Assembly: GCA_963719035.1 (NCBI GenBank)
Contig: CAVRAO010000010.1
Span: forward strand, 1 to 52,704
Length of the DNA: 52,704 nt
From: Methanobacteriota archaeon
GTDB taxonomy: Archaea > Halobacteriota > Bog-38 > Methanoflorentales > Methanoflorentaceae
Reading direction: 5' to 3'
In this document: positions 7,994-19,942 of the stretch, in pieces
Layout: each line of letters begins with the position of its first letter
Numbering within the stretch: the first letter of the stretch is position 1
The notes under the pieces: generated by a model
Databases searched by the model: none
What the model was told of the DNA's origin: nothing
Seen by the model: only the letters and a program-made list of their open reading frames with translations
Made by a program: the position numbers and the translations under genes

Positions 7994-8728
7994 TTGAGAC
8001 TCAAGTTTGGCGAACGGCAGATCGATCCGGATATCCGACGACTCTATGACCTGCGTGACGTCGCGTTTGACACCGCGTGGTTTGAAGACGTTTCTGACTG
8101 CGACGCGTATTACATGTTCCGGGACCTCTCGCTCACACCGACTGACGCGGATACGATTAAACGCCATCACCTTCGCTATGACATCACGGTTATTCCACCC
8201 CTTCAAATGGGGCTTGAGTTTGTCAAAACGTACGGGCACTACCACCCGCGCGTTAACCCGAAACTGGGATATACCTATCCGGAGGTTTACGAGGTGCTCG
8301 ACGGCGACGCCCACTACATGCTGCAACGAGCACAAAACGAACACAGCGTCGATGAGGTCATCTTGGTTAAGGCGACGCGCGGCGATAAGGTGATCGTCCC
8401 GCCAAATTACGGGCACGTGACGATCAACCCGTCGGAAAAAACGCTCAAGATGGCCAACTGGGTGTCCCGGTCGTTCGAGTCGCTCTACGAGCCCTACACG
8501 CAGCTTCACGGGGGGGCGTACTATGAGCTCATCAACGGTAGGCTGTTACACAACCGAGCATACGATAACGTGCCTGAGATACGGATCGCTTATCCGAAAG
8601 AGACGCCCGAGTGTGGGTTGGTTAAGCGAAAACCGATGTACGAGCTGATCGAAGAGCCGTTGCTGCTCGAGTTTTTGACAGCGCCCGAGAAGCATGCGGC
8701 GTTGTTTCACGAGTTCTATTCCAAGTGA
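7994..8728 (+). CDS. pgiA: Cupin-type (archaeal) glucose-6-phosphate isomerase
   Basis: YYMFRD, LRYDITVIPP, KTYGHYHP, YPEVYEVLDG, VPPNYGHVTINP. TTG start. Confidence 0.88.
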   Translation: MRLKFGERQIDPDIRRLYDLRDVAFDTAWFEDVSDCDAYYMFRDLSLTPTDADTIKRHHLRYDITVIPPLQMGLEFVKTYGHYHPRVNPKLGYTYPEVYEVLDGDAHYMLQRAQNEHSVDEVILVKATRGDKVIVPPNYGHVTINPSEKTLKMANWVSRSFESLYEPYTQLHGGAYYELINGRLLHNRAYDNVPEIRIAYPKETPECGLVKRKPMYELIEEPLLLEFLTAPEKHAALFHEFYSK

Positions 8729-9002
8729 GGGCGACTTTCGAATGCCCTCCGTTGTCCCTAATACAACAAGCTAACGCAGTGTTTGAACTTGATAGCGGAC
8801 GTTAAAGTCGTATCGAGGCGTTCAATCAGTTTTTTGAAGCAAACGTTGAGCGCAGCCTGCCCCATCTGACTGAACACCTAATGTATTTTCGTTGGCGCTA
8901 GCAAACGTCTCAAGGGTGCACTGCGAGCAGGTGACGAATCAACCATAGAATCAATCATAATAACAACCTTTTTCAAGACCATTGTTGAATCGTACACTGC
9001 GT

Positions 9003-9887
9003 ATGGAGCCCATAAAAAAAGCCGTTATCCCCGCTGCGGGATTGGGGACGCGGTTTCTTCCCGCCACCAAGGTACAGCCAAAAGAGATGCTGCCAATTGT
9101 GGACAAGCCCATCATCCAGTTTGTGGTCGAGGAGGCGATCGCTTCTGGCATTGATGACATCATCATCGTCACGGGGCGGGGCAAGCGAACGATCGAGGAC
9201 TACTTCGATCTCTCTCCGGAACTTGAGACGCATCTCGCAAACAGTAGCAAGCACGAGCAATTAGAGGAGATACGGGCGATCTCGACGCTCGCTGACATAC
9301 ATTACATACGGCAAAAAGAGCCAAAAGGGCTGGGCGATGCCGTCTTGAAAGCAGAGAAACACGTGGGAAATGAGCCGTTTGCCGTGCTGCTCGGCGACGA
9401 CATCATACGGTCCGCGGTGCCGTGCACACGGCAACTCACAAACCTTTTTGCTACATACCAAAGCCCCCTCATTGCCGTGGAACACGTGCCACCCAATAAG
9501 ATTTCGAGCTACGGCATTATTCGAGGGGAACGAACAAATGAGTCCGTTTATCGCCTGAGCGACGTCGTCGAGAAGCCGGCGCTGTCTGAAGCGCCCTCGG
9601 ATCTGGGCATCGTCGGTCGGTACTTGATGACTCCTGATCTCTTTAGTTGCATCAAACGCGTTGCTCGTGGAACAGAGGGCGAGCTGCAGCTTACTGACGC
9701 CATTCGCGTGCTCCTCAACGAACGCGATGTCTACGCGCACGTGATAGATGGTTCGAGGTATGACGCCGGAGATAAAATCGGCTACATAAAAGCAGTCATT
9801 GATTTCGCACTTGAAAGGGCGGATTTGCGCGAAGAGTTAGCGCGGTATCTGGATGAGAAAATCTCGAAATCACGAAAAGATGCGTAA
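9003..9887 (+). CDS. galU: UTP--glucose-1-phosphate uridylyltransferase
   Basis: KAVIPAAGLGTRFLPATK..PKEMLPIVDKP, RQKEPKGLGDA, VEKP, GELQLTDAI. Confidence 0.96.
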   Translation: MEPIKKAVIPAAGLGTRFLPATKVQPKEMLPIVDKPIIQFVVEEAIASGIDDIIIVTGRGKRTIEDYFDLSPELETHLANSSKHEQLEEIRAISTLADIHYIRQKEPKGLGDAVLKAEKHVGNEPFAVLLGDDIIRSAVPCTRQLTNLFATYQSPLIAVEHVPPNKISSYGIIRGERTNESVYRLSDVVEKPALSEAPSDLGIVGRYLMTPDLFSCIKRVARGTEGELQLTDAIRVLLNERDVYAHVIDGSRYDAGDKIGYIKAVIDFALERADLREELARYLDEKISKSRKDA

Positions 9888-10223
9888 ATGATGCTAGCGC
9901 AGCAATCTGGCTAATGCGTGTTTTTTTTCCGAGGGCCTTGAGATGGGTCGTTCGTAGCTCACTGATGGTGTGTTTAGATACTGCTATTGTCCTACGTTTC
10001 AGAATCGCAGCAGGGCTCTCGCACGTATTGTTTACGATGATCGAAATGATCGACGGTCGCGGTGTTCCGCAACGTTGGCATCATATGCTGGAACGAACGA
10101 TGCCTCGCAAGCACTTTATGTTCAATCTATCATTTTTTTAACATAGCCGCGCGAAGGTTCTCTGGTGCCTTTTCAGTGACAGAGGGCCAATTTATGGTGG
10201 CCGCTAATTTTTAACGATACCTA

Positions 10224-10240
10224 ACGGAATCTTTAAATGA
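10224..10240 (+). promoter_or_regulatory. Likely TATA box for a leaderless or short-leader ugd transcript
   Basis: TTTAAATG at 10232-10239, 30 nt before the ATG at 10262, with no SD sequence. Confidence 0.4.
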
Positions 10241-10261
10241 ATAGTCACGCACGTAAAATCG

Positions 10262-11614
10262 ATGCAGCGCATATCGATCATTGGAACCGGTTACGTCGGA
10301 CTGAGCACGGCTGTCTGTTTTGCTACTCGCGGGTACCACGTTATTTCAACCACTCAGAAAACTGAGAACGTGCGCTTAATTAACATGCAGCAAGCGCCAT
10401 TTTACGAGCCCGGACTGGAAGAAGCCCTCAAGCGCAGCGTCGAATCTAAACGCCTACGTGCTGAAGTCAGTCGCACAAAAGCGGTCTTAGAGACTGACAT
10501 AAGCTTCATTACTGTTGCTACGCCCAGTCAACCGGATGGGACGATCGATCTTCGGTATGTTATCAGAGCAAGCGAGGACATCGGGAGGGCGTTGCGCGAA
10601 AAAGGCACCTATCATCTTGTCGTAGTCAAGAGCACTGTGACCCCCGGCACGACGCGCTACGTTGTAAAGCCAGCGCTCGAGAGAATGTCGCATCTCGTCG
10701 CCGGACGCGACTTCGGTCTTTGCGCGAATCCTGAGTTCTTGCGACAGGGCTCAGCAATTCAGGATACGCTCCATCCCGACCGAGTCGTGATCGGCGCGCA
10801 CGACAGACGATCCGGCAAAGCGCTCGAGGAGGTTTTTACCACCTTCTACGAGCGCTCGGTTCCCATACTAACTATGGGGCTTGAATCGGCCGAAATGGTC
10901 AAATACGTAAGCAACGCGTTTCTCGCTGCGAAGGTGTCTTATGCGAATGAAGTGGCGAACGTTTGCGAACTGGTGCCCGGAGTCGACGTATCGCAAGTGA
11001 TGGGCGGCGTTGGGTTAGATAAGCGGATCAATTCTCAGTTTCTCAACGCGGGCGCCGGTTTTGGCGGTTCGTGTCTGCCCAAGGATGTGAAAGCGCTGTG
11101 CAAGTTTGGCGAAACACACGGTTACCAGGCGTCCCTGCTGCGCGCTGTTCTTGCAATCAATGACGATCGAGCGCGTCATATCGGGCAGCTCGTGCTGTCG
11201 AGCCTTGGTAAGCCGAACGGTAAGAAAGTGGCGCTGCTCGGGCTCTCGTTTAAACCAGATACTGATGACGTGCGTGATGCTCCGTCTCTCAAGATCGCCA
11301 AGCTGCTGATGGAGGCGGGAGTGCACGTTTGCGCGTTCGATCCGGTCGTTAAAGTGGTCAAACTCCCGGGATATGACGCGCTCGAACACGCGCATTCAAT
11401 TCAGGCCTGTTTGGCCGGAGCTCATTGTTGCGTTGTCGTGACTGAGTGGGAACAGTTCAAAGCCCTGACGCCTGACGACTTTATCACCCATATGGCTCAG
11501 CCGGCGGTGATCGACGCCCGGCGGATTTTTGACCCGCTGCAGTTCCGGGATAGGTTAAAGTTTCACGCTGTCGGTTTGGGCACCGATCCGCTCTCAGCGG
11601 AACGGGCAGAATGA
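10262..11614 (+). CDS. ugd: UDP-glucose/GDP-mannose 6-dehydrogenase (AglM-like)
   Basis: GTGYVG, KSTVTPG, NPEFLRQG, GFGGSCLPKD, FKPDTDDVR. Confidence 0.93.
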   Translation: MQRISIIGTGYVGLSTAVCFATRGYHVISTTQKTENVRLINMQQAPFYEPGLEEALKRSVESKRLRAEVSRTKAVLETDISFITVATPSQPDGTIDLRYVIRASEDIGRALREKGTYHLVVVKSTVTPGTTRYVVKPALERMSHLVAGRDFGLCANPEFLRQGSAIQDTLHPDRVVIGAHDRRSGKALEEVFTTFYERSVPILTMGLESAEMVKYVSNAFLAAKVSYANEVANVCELVPGVDVSQVMGGVGLDKRINSQFLNAGAGFGGSCLPKDVKALCKFGETHGYQASLLRAVLAINDDRARHIGQLVLSSLGKPNGKKVALLGLSFKPDTDDVRDAPSLKIAKLLMEAGVHVCAFDPVVKVVKLPGYDALEHAHSIQACLAGAHCCVVVTEWEQFKALTPDDFITHMAQPAVIDARRIFDPLQFRDRLKFHAVGLGTDPLSAERAE

Positions 11615-11647
11615 TCACTGAGGTGATCCCCAATATCAAGCATCGAA

Positions 11648-12895
11648 TTAACGTGCTTGTGTGCGTATTGCTTTTTCCAGAGTTGCTTCGAGCTTCTCAG
11701 CCGCGTTTTCCCACGTAAATTGCTGAACGAATCGATGCCCGTTATCTGCAATCCTTCGGCGCTCGTTTTCGTTTTCAATTAGCTGGCACACGCTTTTAGC
11801 CAGAGCATCAGGGTTTTGTATTTGGTCCTGTACGAGCGCAGTTTCACCATCTTTGAGGTAGTCGGAGAAGCCGCCCGCGTCAGTAGTAACCACCGCGCAG
11901 CCGCACGCCATCGCTTCCATAGGTGGCAGTGGAAAACCTTCAATCCAGCTCGGGAGGACAAACACATGCGTTTCGTTGTAGAGCGCTCTTAGTTCAGCAT
12001 CAGACGTACCTGTCGTGAAATTCTACCCACTTAGGAAGCTTCGCCAATTGGGGACTATCCGCCGGCGGCTTATGGCCAAAAACGGCGAAGTGTGTGTCTG
12101 GATGTCGTGCGTGTATCAGTCTGAAGGCGTCAACCCCCTCACTAAGTCCTTTCCACGCACCTAGCCGGTAAGGCATTAAAACGTTAATATGCTGGGCATT
12201 TTCTCTGTGATCGCCCTCTCTGAAAAAGATGCTAAAATTGACCCCATTTGGAATCACGTAATCCACCCGTTCTCCAAACCCACTTTCGATGACTTGTCTT
12301 AACCACTCAGCGATCGTTATCTTCTTTAATGGGAGTTTGAATGAGCCATCTACTGCTGCCTTTGGCATCTCGTAAATTCTTCTTTTTTGGAATTACGCGT
12401 GCCATAGAGACGGCACACGTTTCGTTGCTCCTTTTGTGTTTTCTTATCTCATTCCAACACTTTATTTCATTCCAAACATCCCAGATCTCGTAATTTTGCA
12501 CAAAATAAAACTTATCACCTTTGTTGTCGCTGAGTCTATCGACGGTGTACGCAGTTTGCCATGCGGTCGCAATGACCACATCAGCGTCTGGAATTGATTG
12601 TTCAATCAGCTTTGTGAATCGTGGATGGATGACTGGGAGCCTAATTAAAGAAGCGCGCGTTACAAACGGTCGTGCATAGTCTTTTCTAATCACGTTTCTT
12701 AGACGTTCCCACATACTTGTAAGCAGCCACGAGGCGAAAGCTCGCAAGGAGAGTCTCTTAAGATAAGCAAGATTCACCGCGGGGTACAGCAACGCAGACT
12801 TGATGGTCCCTAGCTTGCAAATGGTCGGCGTATTCAAACACCGCTCGGACTCCGCCTGATCTCTCGATAGCATTGAGCACAAAGGTTATCTTCAT
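11648..12895 (-). CDS. GT4 glycosyltransferase (three frameshifts near 12795, 12360 and 12006)
   Basis: ATG at 12895 gives MKITFVLNAIERSGGVRAVFEYA. Later segments read PDADVVIATAWQTA, YFVQNYE, VIPNGVN and EGFPLPPMEAMACG. Confidence 0.85.
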
Positions 12896-13123
12896 CGTTG
12901 CTTAATCTGCTCCTGTTTTCACGTTTGTTTGATTTCACCGTGTAGATTAAAGAGCTTCGAAAAACCTTAGCTATAGTGTGTATTTCAATAATAATATAGT
13001 CTTACTCGAAAAGCTTTAGTTCAACAGAATCCTTTTCAAAAAATAGCTCGCAGAAGGACGCAATTCATATCTGCCGTAAAGTGAGAACAAGCACAATGCA
13101 ACGACATCCGAAGGAGACAAAGT

Positions 13124-14668
13124 GTGAACAACAACGAGACTGAAGTCACTGATGATGGCATCTATACGAGCCTAGCTGCGCGTTCGATAAAGGGCTCTGG
13201 ATGGGTATTTTCACTAAATATTGCTCAGCAGTTACTCAGTTTCGTAACACTTGTTGTGTTAACGCGTATTCTTCTTCCAAGCGACTTCGGTCTAATGGGG
13301 ATATGCACGTTGACGATCGCGATGCTTAATGTTTTCACACAAACAGGCTTTGAAATGGCGCTGATTCAAAAGAAAGAGGACATTGAGCCATTCCTTAACA
13401 GCACTTGGACGCTATCGCTTATACGGGGTATCCTTTTGTTTGCCTTTCTTTTTTGTATCGCCCCCGTCATTGCTCTGTTTTTCAATGCCCCGGCCGCGAC
13501 CTTGATACTCCAAGTATTGGCATTTTCGTGCGTTTTACAGGGCCTTTCGAACATTGGAGTCATAGCTTTCTCTAAGGAGCTTCAATTCAACAAGCAGTTC
13601 GTACTTCAAATTGTGAGTAGCATTGCAGTTTTTGTAGCAACGATCGCGGCCGCTTTAATACTGAGGTCTGTTTGGGCCCTAGTAGTTGGGTCGCTTGTAG
13701 GCAGCGTCGTTGCGCTCTTCGCGAGCTACCTCCTGCACCCTTATCGCCCACGCTTCGATTTTGACAGGTCTCGGATTCGCGAGCTATGGGGCTTCGGCAA
13801 ATGGGTTTTTGCCTCTTCGATCATTTTGTATTTTTTGATGAATGGTGACAATCTATTCGTCGGCAAGTTTTTAGGATTAGCTTCCTTAGGTTTTTATCAG
13901 GTTGCCTACACGATATCAAATACCCCCGCCACTCAGATAACTCACGTCATTCATGATGTCGCTTTTCCGGCGTATTCCAAGTTGCAGCACGATTTAAAAT
14001 CGCTTAAATCAGCGTATTTGCGTGTATTGCAGCTTACCGCGGCGCTTTCTATTCCTCTCGGATTCCTCATCCTTTTACTGGCGCCCGAATTTGTTGTCGC
14101 TCTCTTAGGCCAACGATGGGTGCCCATGGTTCTTCCGCTTCAGATCCTTTGTTTGTTTGGCATTTTACGCTCGATATTAGGGGCTGCAGGCCCAGTCTTT
14201 TATTCAATGGGCAGACCCGACGTAATGACGAAAGCTCCAGCACTACAGTTGCTTTTGATGGTTTTGACGCTTTATCCCTTAGCGATGAGATGGGACATAG
14301 CAGGCGTAGCAATATCAATAAGCATAGCAGAACTGGCCATTTTTGCGGTAATTATGCGTAGGCTCTTCGGTCTGTTGCAAATAAATGTTCAGGAGAAAAA
14401 GACATGGCTCGTATACACACTATTTCCGCTAATCGCGGTTGCTCCGGCTATATTAATCAAAGCGCTCGTCATCCAGTTTGTCGCCGCCCCTTTTTTGATC
14501 TTTTGCTTGACCCTTTCATCATCGATAGCCATCTACTTCTTGGACATATTCCTATTGGACCGTTACACTCGATATAGCATCGTTCCGATCATGGTAGCCG
14601 CGGTGAAGGCGTTGCTACGCACCGAAAAACCGGCTCTTGAGCCGATGTACGGCGAGAAAGTGAGGTGA
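13124..14668 (+). CDS. Wzx/WzxC-like oligosaccharide flippase
   Basis: Many TM segments; LTRILLPSDFG, ALIQK, KELQF, DNLFVGKFLG..LGFY, FPAYSKLQ. Confidence 0.92.
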   Translation: MNNNETEVTDDGIYTSLAARSIKGSGWVFSLNIAQQLLSFVTLVVLTRILLPSDFGLMGICTLTIAMLNVFTQTGFEMALIQKKEDIEPFLNSTWTLSLIRGILLFAFLFCIAPVIALFFNAPAATLILQVLAFSCVLQGLSNIGVIAFSKELQFNKQFVLQIVSSIAVFVATIAAALILRSVWALVVGSLVGSVVALFASYLLHPYRPRFDFDRSRIRELWGFGKWVFASSIILYFLMNGDNLFVGKFLGLASLGFYQVAYTISNTPATQITHVIHDVAFPAYSKLQHDLKSLKSAYLRVLQLTAALSIPLGFLILLLAPEFVVALLGQRWVPMVLPLQILCLFGILRSILGAAGPVFYSMGRPDVMTKAPALQLLLMVLTLYPLAMRWDIAGVAISISIAELAIFAVIMRRLFGLLQINVQEKKTWLVYTLFPLIAVAPAILIKALVIQFVAAPFLIFCLTLSSSIAIYFLDIFLLDRYTRYSIVPIMVAAVKALLRTEKPALEPMYGEKVR

Positions 14669-14893
14669 GTGTTTTTCAAATCTTTCGCTGTCGCAGAGGA
14701 TGGAGACCGTTTCGCATCGGGCACCGAACCTTGTTGTCGTTAGTGACTTATGCTGGGGAGTCAACTGATAGGGCTTACTTCAGGAGCCTAAACTTGTGCA
14801 CGAGAGAACAACAGCGGGGTGTCGTGACATACATAAGTATACGAAATCTGTGTTTAGGTTGTCTAGACCGTATACAAACGCTAGAGAGGTGAG

Positions 14894-15803
14894 TAGACTA
14901 CGAATCCCTGCAGAGTCAGCGTGATTATACCTACGTTTAATCGAGCGTTAAGCTTGAATAAATGCCTTGACAGCGTGTTAAATCAATCATACAAAGATTT
15001 TGAAGTGATCGTGGTGGACGATGGTTCCACGGACAACTCGTCTGACGTCATGCGAAGGTACTCGACGACTCACGAGTGCGGTATATAAGAAATAACACAA
15101 CCAGAGGCGCTCAAGCTGCTCGAAATACCGGAATTAAAAGCGCGGTCGGGGAATATATCGCCTTTTTAGACTCAGACGACGAGTGGGTTCCGGAAAAACT
15201 TCAGACGCAGATGGACAAGACAAACGAAGCTGAGGGCTTACGCGTAATCCACGGGGACGCTCTGATTGTACGCGGACAGCCGAATGAAAAAAAGCGTTTA
15301 AACGTCCCTAACCTGAATGGATTCGTATATAAAGAATTGCTGGCGCGCCCTGGCCCGCTTTTTCAGTGCATACTCGCTCCCAAGTCGTGTTTCGAAAAAA
15401 TCGGATATTTGGATGAATCAGTGCCATCGTGGCAAGAGTGGGACACAGCGATTGCCTTAGCGAAACACTACGAATTTGTCTTCTGCGATCAACCTCTTGC
15501 GATCTATTATTATTTTAGCAAGGATACGATTTCAAAAGACAAAAAGCGGTCAGCAGATGGCTTTCGCTACGTTGTCAACAAGTACAAACCAGAAATAGTC
15601 AGAGAAATTGGGAGAAAGGCCCTTCCACACATTATCTAACTATATACGCACTCTACACCGAAGCTGGTGAGATGAGAGATGCAATTAAGTTTTTGACAAG
15701 GAGTTTTTTCTTGAATCCGAGCAAAGCGAACGTTCGCTTATTGATAAGCTTGCTTTTTGGAAAAAAAACAGCCGTGATGGCTGCAAAAGCATACCGACCA
15801 TAA
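14894..15803 (+). CDS. GT2 glycosyltransferase (frameshifts near the start, 15065 and 15625)
   Basis: [11 protein letters not shown]...VVDDGSTD lies upstream of ORF 15076 (AARNTGI, FLDSDD). A shifted frame continues [13 protein letters not shown]... to TAA at 15801-15803. Start approximate. Confidence 0.82.
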
Positions 15804-15872
15804 ACGCGTTCAGCGTGCATAGAGGACTATTGTTATTGGTTGGCAGCTTAGGCGTGTTGGAGGCGTATTGCC

Positions 15873-16652
15873 TCAACGTTCTAATCTCCTCGCTATGACG
15901 ATCATATTCCAGTCGTTTTCCGTTAGTGTTTCTTCAAGTCCCATAAAGCGGTGCATTCCCAGCACCTCGTAACCTGTTTTGTTGAGTATAAACTCGAGCT
16001 CTTTCGGAAAAAAAAACCGCATTATGTGCGTTTCTTCGACGTGTTCGCGAACCGCATCGTTCTCGATGTGAAACACGTCGAAAGTGACGTTAACCGTCTC
16101 TGTCAAAATGTCGAGCTCAGGACGAGTGAGCCGTATCACCTGACCCGCGCCCTCCTCAAGTACGAGAATTCTGTCGTGCGGTCGTTGCGTGATCACTCCG
16201 GGCCCAAACCACCCATCAAAGATGAGGAGCCCTTCGATGTTGAGATGACGCCTCGCGTTAATCAAAGCGCGCTCTAGGGCCTCGTTAGACGTTTGATAGC
16301 CCATAACGGCAAACATTGCAATAGCGACATCGAAGCGTTTATCGAGGCCGAAGTTACAGATATCACCTTTATGAAATTCGACTAAACTTCCTGCCCGATT
16401 ATTTTTTTCTTGTGCCACAGCAAGCATCGCATCAGACCGGTCAACGCCAACGACTTCATATCCTTTCTGCGCGAGCACCAAGGCGTGCCCCGCAGTTCCG
16501 CAGCCCAGATCAAGGATGGTCTTTGTATCGCTGCTTGCGTAAGTTTTGATGAGCGTATCAACGTAGTCAGCTTCTCCGGGGTAATCCTTCTCTCTGTAGA
16601 AAAGGTCATAATACTGCGCATAGCGGTCAAATTCTGCCACTTTACCCTCCAA
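15873..16652 (-). CDS. Class I SAM methyltransferase resembling TylM1/DesVI amino-sugar N-methyltransferases
   Basis: YAQYYDLFYREKDY..EAD, ILDLGCGTAGH. Overlaps the end of the aminotransferase gene. Confidence 0.85.
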   Translation of the reverse strand: MEGKVAEFDRYAQYYDLFYREKDYPGEADYVDTLIKTYASSDTKTILDLGCGTAGHALVLAQKGYEVVGVDRSDAMLAVAQEKNNRAGSLVEFHKGDICNFGLDKRFDVAIAMFAVMGYQTSNEALERALINARRHLNIEGLLIFDGWFGPGVITQRPHDRILVLEEGAGQVIRLTRPELDILTETVNVTFDVFHIENDAVREHVEETHIMRFFFPKELEFILNKTGYEVLGMHRFMGLEETLTENDWNMIVIARRLER

Positions 16653-17808
16653 GCAACGCTTCCTTAACGGCTTCAGATACCGAATCGATCTGTGGCTTTG
16701 TCAGAGTGAGGCCGGACGGCAGGTAAAACCCGAATCGGTGAGCTCTATCCGTGTGAGGGAACGTCTCAGCTTTAAAGAGCCCGAGCTTTTGCAAAACGGG
16801 CTGTGCGTGCAACCCAAGGAAAAACGGACGCGTGCCGATGCCTCTGTTTTTGAGTCGCATCATCATCGTTTCTGCGTCGACGTCCAACGCTTCGTCAAGT
16901 TGCACTGCATACATCCAGTATACCGACTTTGCGTAAGAAGGCTCAGCTTGAAAACTGGATGCCAGACACGCCTGCCAAGCCCTGTTTGTAATAAATAGCC
17001 AGTAATCGCCTTCGTGCAATAACCTCTTCGATCCGTTCGAGCTGCGCTATTCCTACCGCAGCTTGAAGATTAGTCATCCGATAGTTGTAGCAGAGCTCGG
17101 TATGATAGAACCTCCTCTCTTCGTGAAAACAGAGGTTCCGATACGAAGCCGCCCGCTTAGCAATCGAAGGATCGTGCACACTACCATCCCCCCCTCGCCC
17201 GTAGTGAGGATCTTATTCGCGTAGAAGGAGAAACACCCGGCATCGCTCATGTTGCCGCACTTCATCCAACGATTTCCATTTTTCCTGCTGAAATATTCAG
17301 CACCATGCGCTTCGGCGGCATCCTCAACGATCTTGAGATTGTGGTCAGCTGCGCAGTCAAAGACAGGATCCATGTCAACGGGCAGCCCATAAATGTGCAC
17401 GGGCATAACAGCCTTTGTTCTTGAAGTGATCTTCGATTCAAGTTGTGCTGTATCCATGTTCCACGTCGTTGGGTCGATATCGACGAGGACCGGTCGCGCA
17501 CCCAAGCGAAGGGCAGCAAGCGCACATGAAATAATAGTGAAGGAGGGCATAATTACTTCATCGCCCTTTTTTACATCGATCCCATAGAGCGCTGTCTCAA
17601 GTGCCGCGGTCCCGTTGCACACCGTCACGCCGTACTGCGCCCCTATATAGTTCGAGAATCGCTCCTCAAACTCTCTAACAAAAGGTCCTTCAGACGAGAT
17701 CCAACCGCTGTCTATGCATTCGGCAAGGAGCTGCTTTTCGCGATCTTTAAGTAACGGTTCGTAAACTGGAATCGAAATGCGGTCCGAGGTCCTGTTTGTA
17801 GTCGTCAT
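16642..17808 (-). CDS. DegT/DnrJ/EryC1/StrS aminotransferase, perosamine-synthase-like (frameshifts near 17180 and 16952)
   Basis: GWISSEG, NGTAAL, EDAAEAHG, SFYANKILTTGEGGM, YNYRMTNLQAAVG, IGTRPFF, FYLPSG spread over three ORF pieces. Confidence 0.9.
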
Positions 17809-18220
17809 TTCGGTGAGAACACAATCTTGTCACGATTTCCGAGATATGGTCCCTGTTTTACTTCAATCATTTCAGTCGGTTCTAACATAGTTAAACCGTG
17901 CCCTCCTGAAGCTAACAGAATGACGTCTCCCGCCTCGAGCACCGTGCTGCTAAGGAACGCTTGTTTTTTATTGTAGAGATCAACTTTTACCCTCCCTTTT
18001 CGGACAAAAAGGACCTCTTGGGTTAGATGGACCGCCCGCTCAACTCGGTTGTGTATGTGCGGTGGAATGACCTTACCTTTCTGATGATGCATCTACCCAG
18101 CTGTTGGGAGAAGTCACCTGGCGTAAAAAATTGGATGCCTTCATTTTCAAAACGCGAGCTAATAATGAGAGCGACTAGCTCGTTGTCTTCATCGTAAAAC
18201 TCCTTGAGAAAATTTGTCAC
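17805..18220 (-). CDS. Small cupin-fold protein of sugar-biosynthesis loci (frameshift near 18094)
   Basis: FFTPGDFSQQLG joins MHHQKGKVIPPHIH...TQEVL...GGHG...EVKQGPY. Stop overlaps the aminotransferase start. Confidence 0.8.
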
Positions 18221-18536
18221 GTGTTTTCTAAGTAGTGGTTATTCAATTTCTTCGTTTCGATGCAGCGCTCTCGTATCGCGATGTACAGCACCTTATCGCG
18301 ACCGAATGCGGTTTCTCGAGCAGATACTTGAATCACGCAATGGAGTAGTGTGCGGAAGGGCTAAAAAGAGTTTCAGGCACTTGCAAATCCATCGTTGCTA
18401 CTTTTTTTAGCGAATAACTAAGGCGGCACCGATGACAAAAGGAAAGCCTGCTAGTAACGCACACACATAAAGAAGCATCGACTTCATCGTTTAATTCCGA
18501 AGAACGTTTCGTTAGGACGGTGACCGGATGAATAAC

Positions 18537-19942
18537 CTAGCGCGAGGATCTTTCAATTTCCTCTATCCGTTCAATCACTTTCCCAAAGTGCTTTGAGAAG
18601 TTGAACTCGTTCTCGTAGCAACGAAACGCGTTTGCCCTATAGCGTTCGTAATCGTTAAAAATCTTTTCAGCCAAGTATTCTATATCGTCAAATCCTTAGC
18701 ACACTCACCGCATTGGTAAGTGTCAACAACGTCCCTTAGACTGGGAAAATCGGTCGTTATGACCGGAAGTCCAACCTGCAGGAACGATACGAGCTTGTTT
18801 GAAGAGTGCCCAGTCTCGTAGAAATTTGGCCCCAAGTTCGGATAAAAAATAAGCCCAATGTCCGCGGAAGAGACTAGTTCCGACATCTTCTGCCACTCCA
18901 ATTGCTTAAGCGACAGATATACTTTCTTTGTCTCCGTCATTTCTTTAATTTGCTTTATCCATGGTTCGTTTTTACTGCTTTCATGCGAAGAATGTAAAAC
19001 CAAAACAAAGTCATCTCTCCACTTCTGTGCTTTTTGAGCCAAGTCCAGCATGGGCCACCACGTTGCGAAAGTTGAAGGGTGGAGCAGAATCTTTTTTTCG
19101 CGCGGGATGTCATACGTATCTTGAAGCAAGCCCCCCTTCCTGCTATCTACTTGCGCGAGCGACGATACCGGAACGCATACGATCGATCCTTCTTCAAGCT
19201 TATTATCATCACGCAGATATTCGGCACGCCGCCTATCCTGTATGATCGTGAAGTAGCACGTTTGATTGCATGTCCTTTCAAGTGCTTTTTTTATTTTGGA
19301 CTTAAAATCGTGGCACTCACTCTCTAACAACAACTCGTGGTTGTAGTAAATTACAGGAATCTTCTGCTTTTTCTTGGAAGCGCTAGCGACAAGTGTCGCG
19401 GCGATCAGTCCAAATGGTTCCACTCCTATGAAACATACGTAATCCTCGTCGATGTGATTAGTTATCTCTCGATAGAACTCGACTATAAATGGAAAGAACC
19501 GTTGCGCGTAGTTTTCAATCGTGTTTGTGGATGCAGTCGAAATTGCTCGCGCGTGTAAAAAATAACGGAACGATGCCACTAGCTCATTCCATTTTGACTC
19601 CAAAGCGCGCAGATTGCGCAAAATCAAGCGACCAGTATCAAGTAGAACAGAACCGTGAGACCATTTATCTCTCGATTTTGTTGCTAGATTAACAATAATA
19701 GCTTTCCAACGGTTGGAAACTGCCGCATTAATTGCGTCATTTGCACCTTTAACCGCTTGTACTTCGATTAGGTGTAAGCTTATATTATCTTCTTCGAAAT
19801 CTGCTTTTGAAAATTCATAAGAAGACCTATCAATGAATATATGGACGTCGTAGCCTTCCCTTGCCAGGGCAACAGCACTACTTGTCAATGAAAGTGAAGT
19901 CCCTAGCCAATACTTAAGAATGACAATGCCAATTTTCTTCAC
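18537..19942 (-). CDS. GT4-like glycosyltransferase (C-terminal frameshift near 18690)
   Basis: ADIGLIFY, SSNKLVSFLQVGLPVITTDFP. A shifted frame continues DDIEYLAEKIFNDY...NAFRCYENEFNF to TAG at 18537-18539. Confidence 0.82.

Noticed and set aside
8727-8749. GAGGGC...GCCCTC hairpin after pgi as a terminator
   Set aside because: Short stem, long loop and no U-tract; too weak to call.
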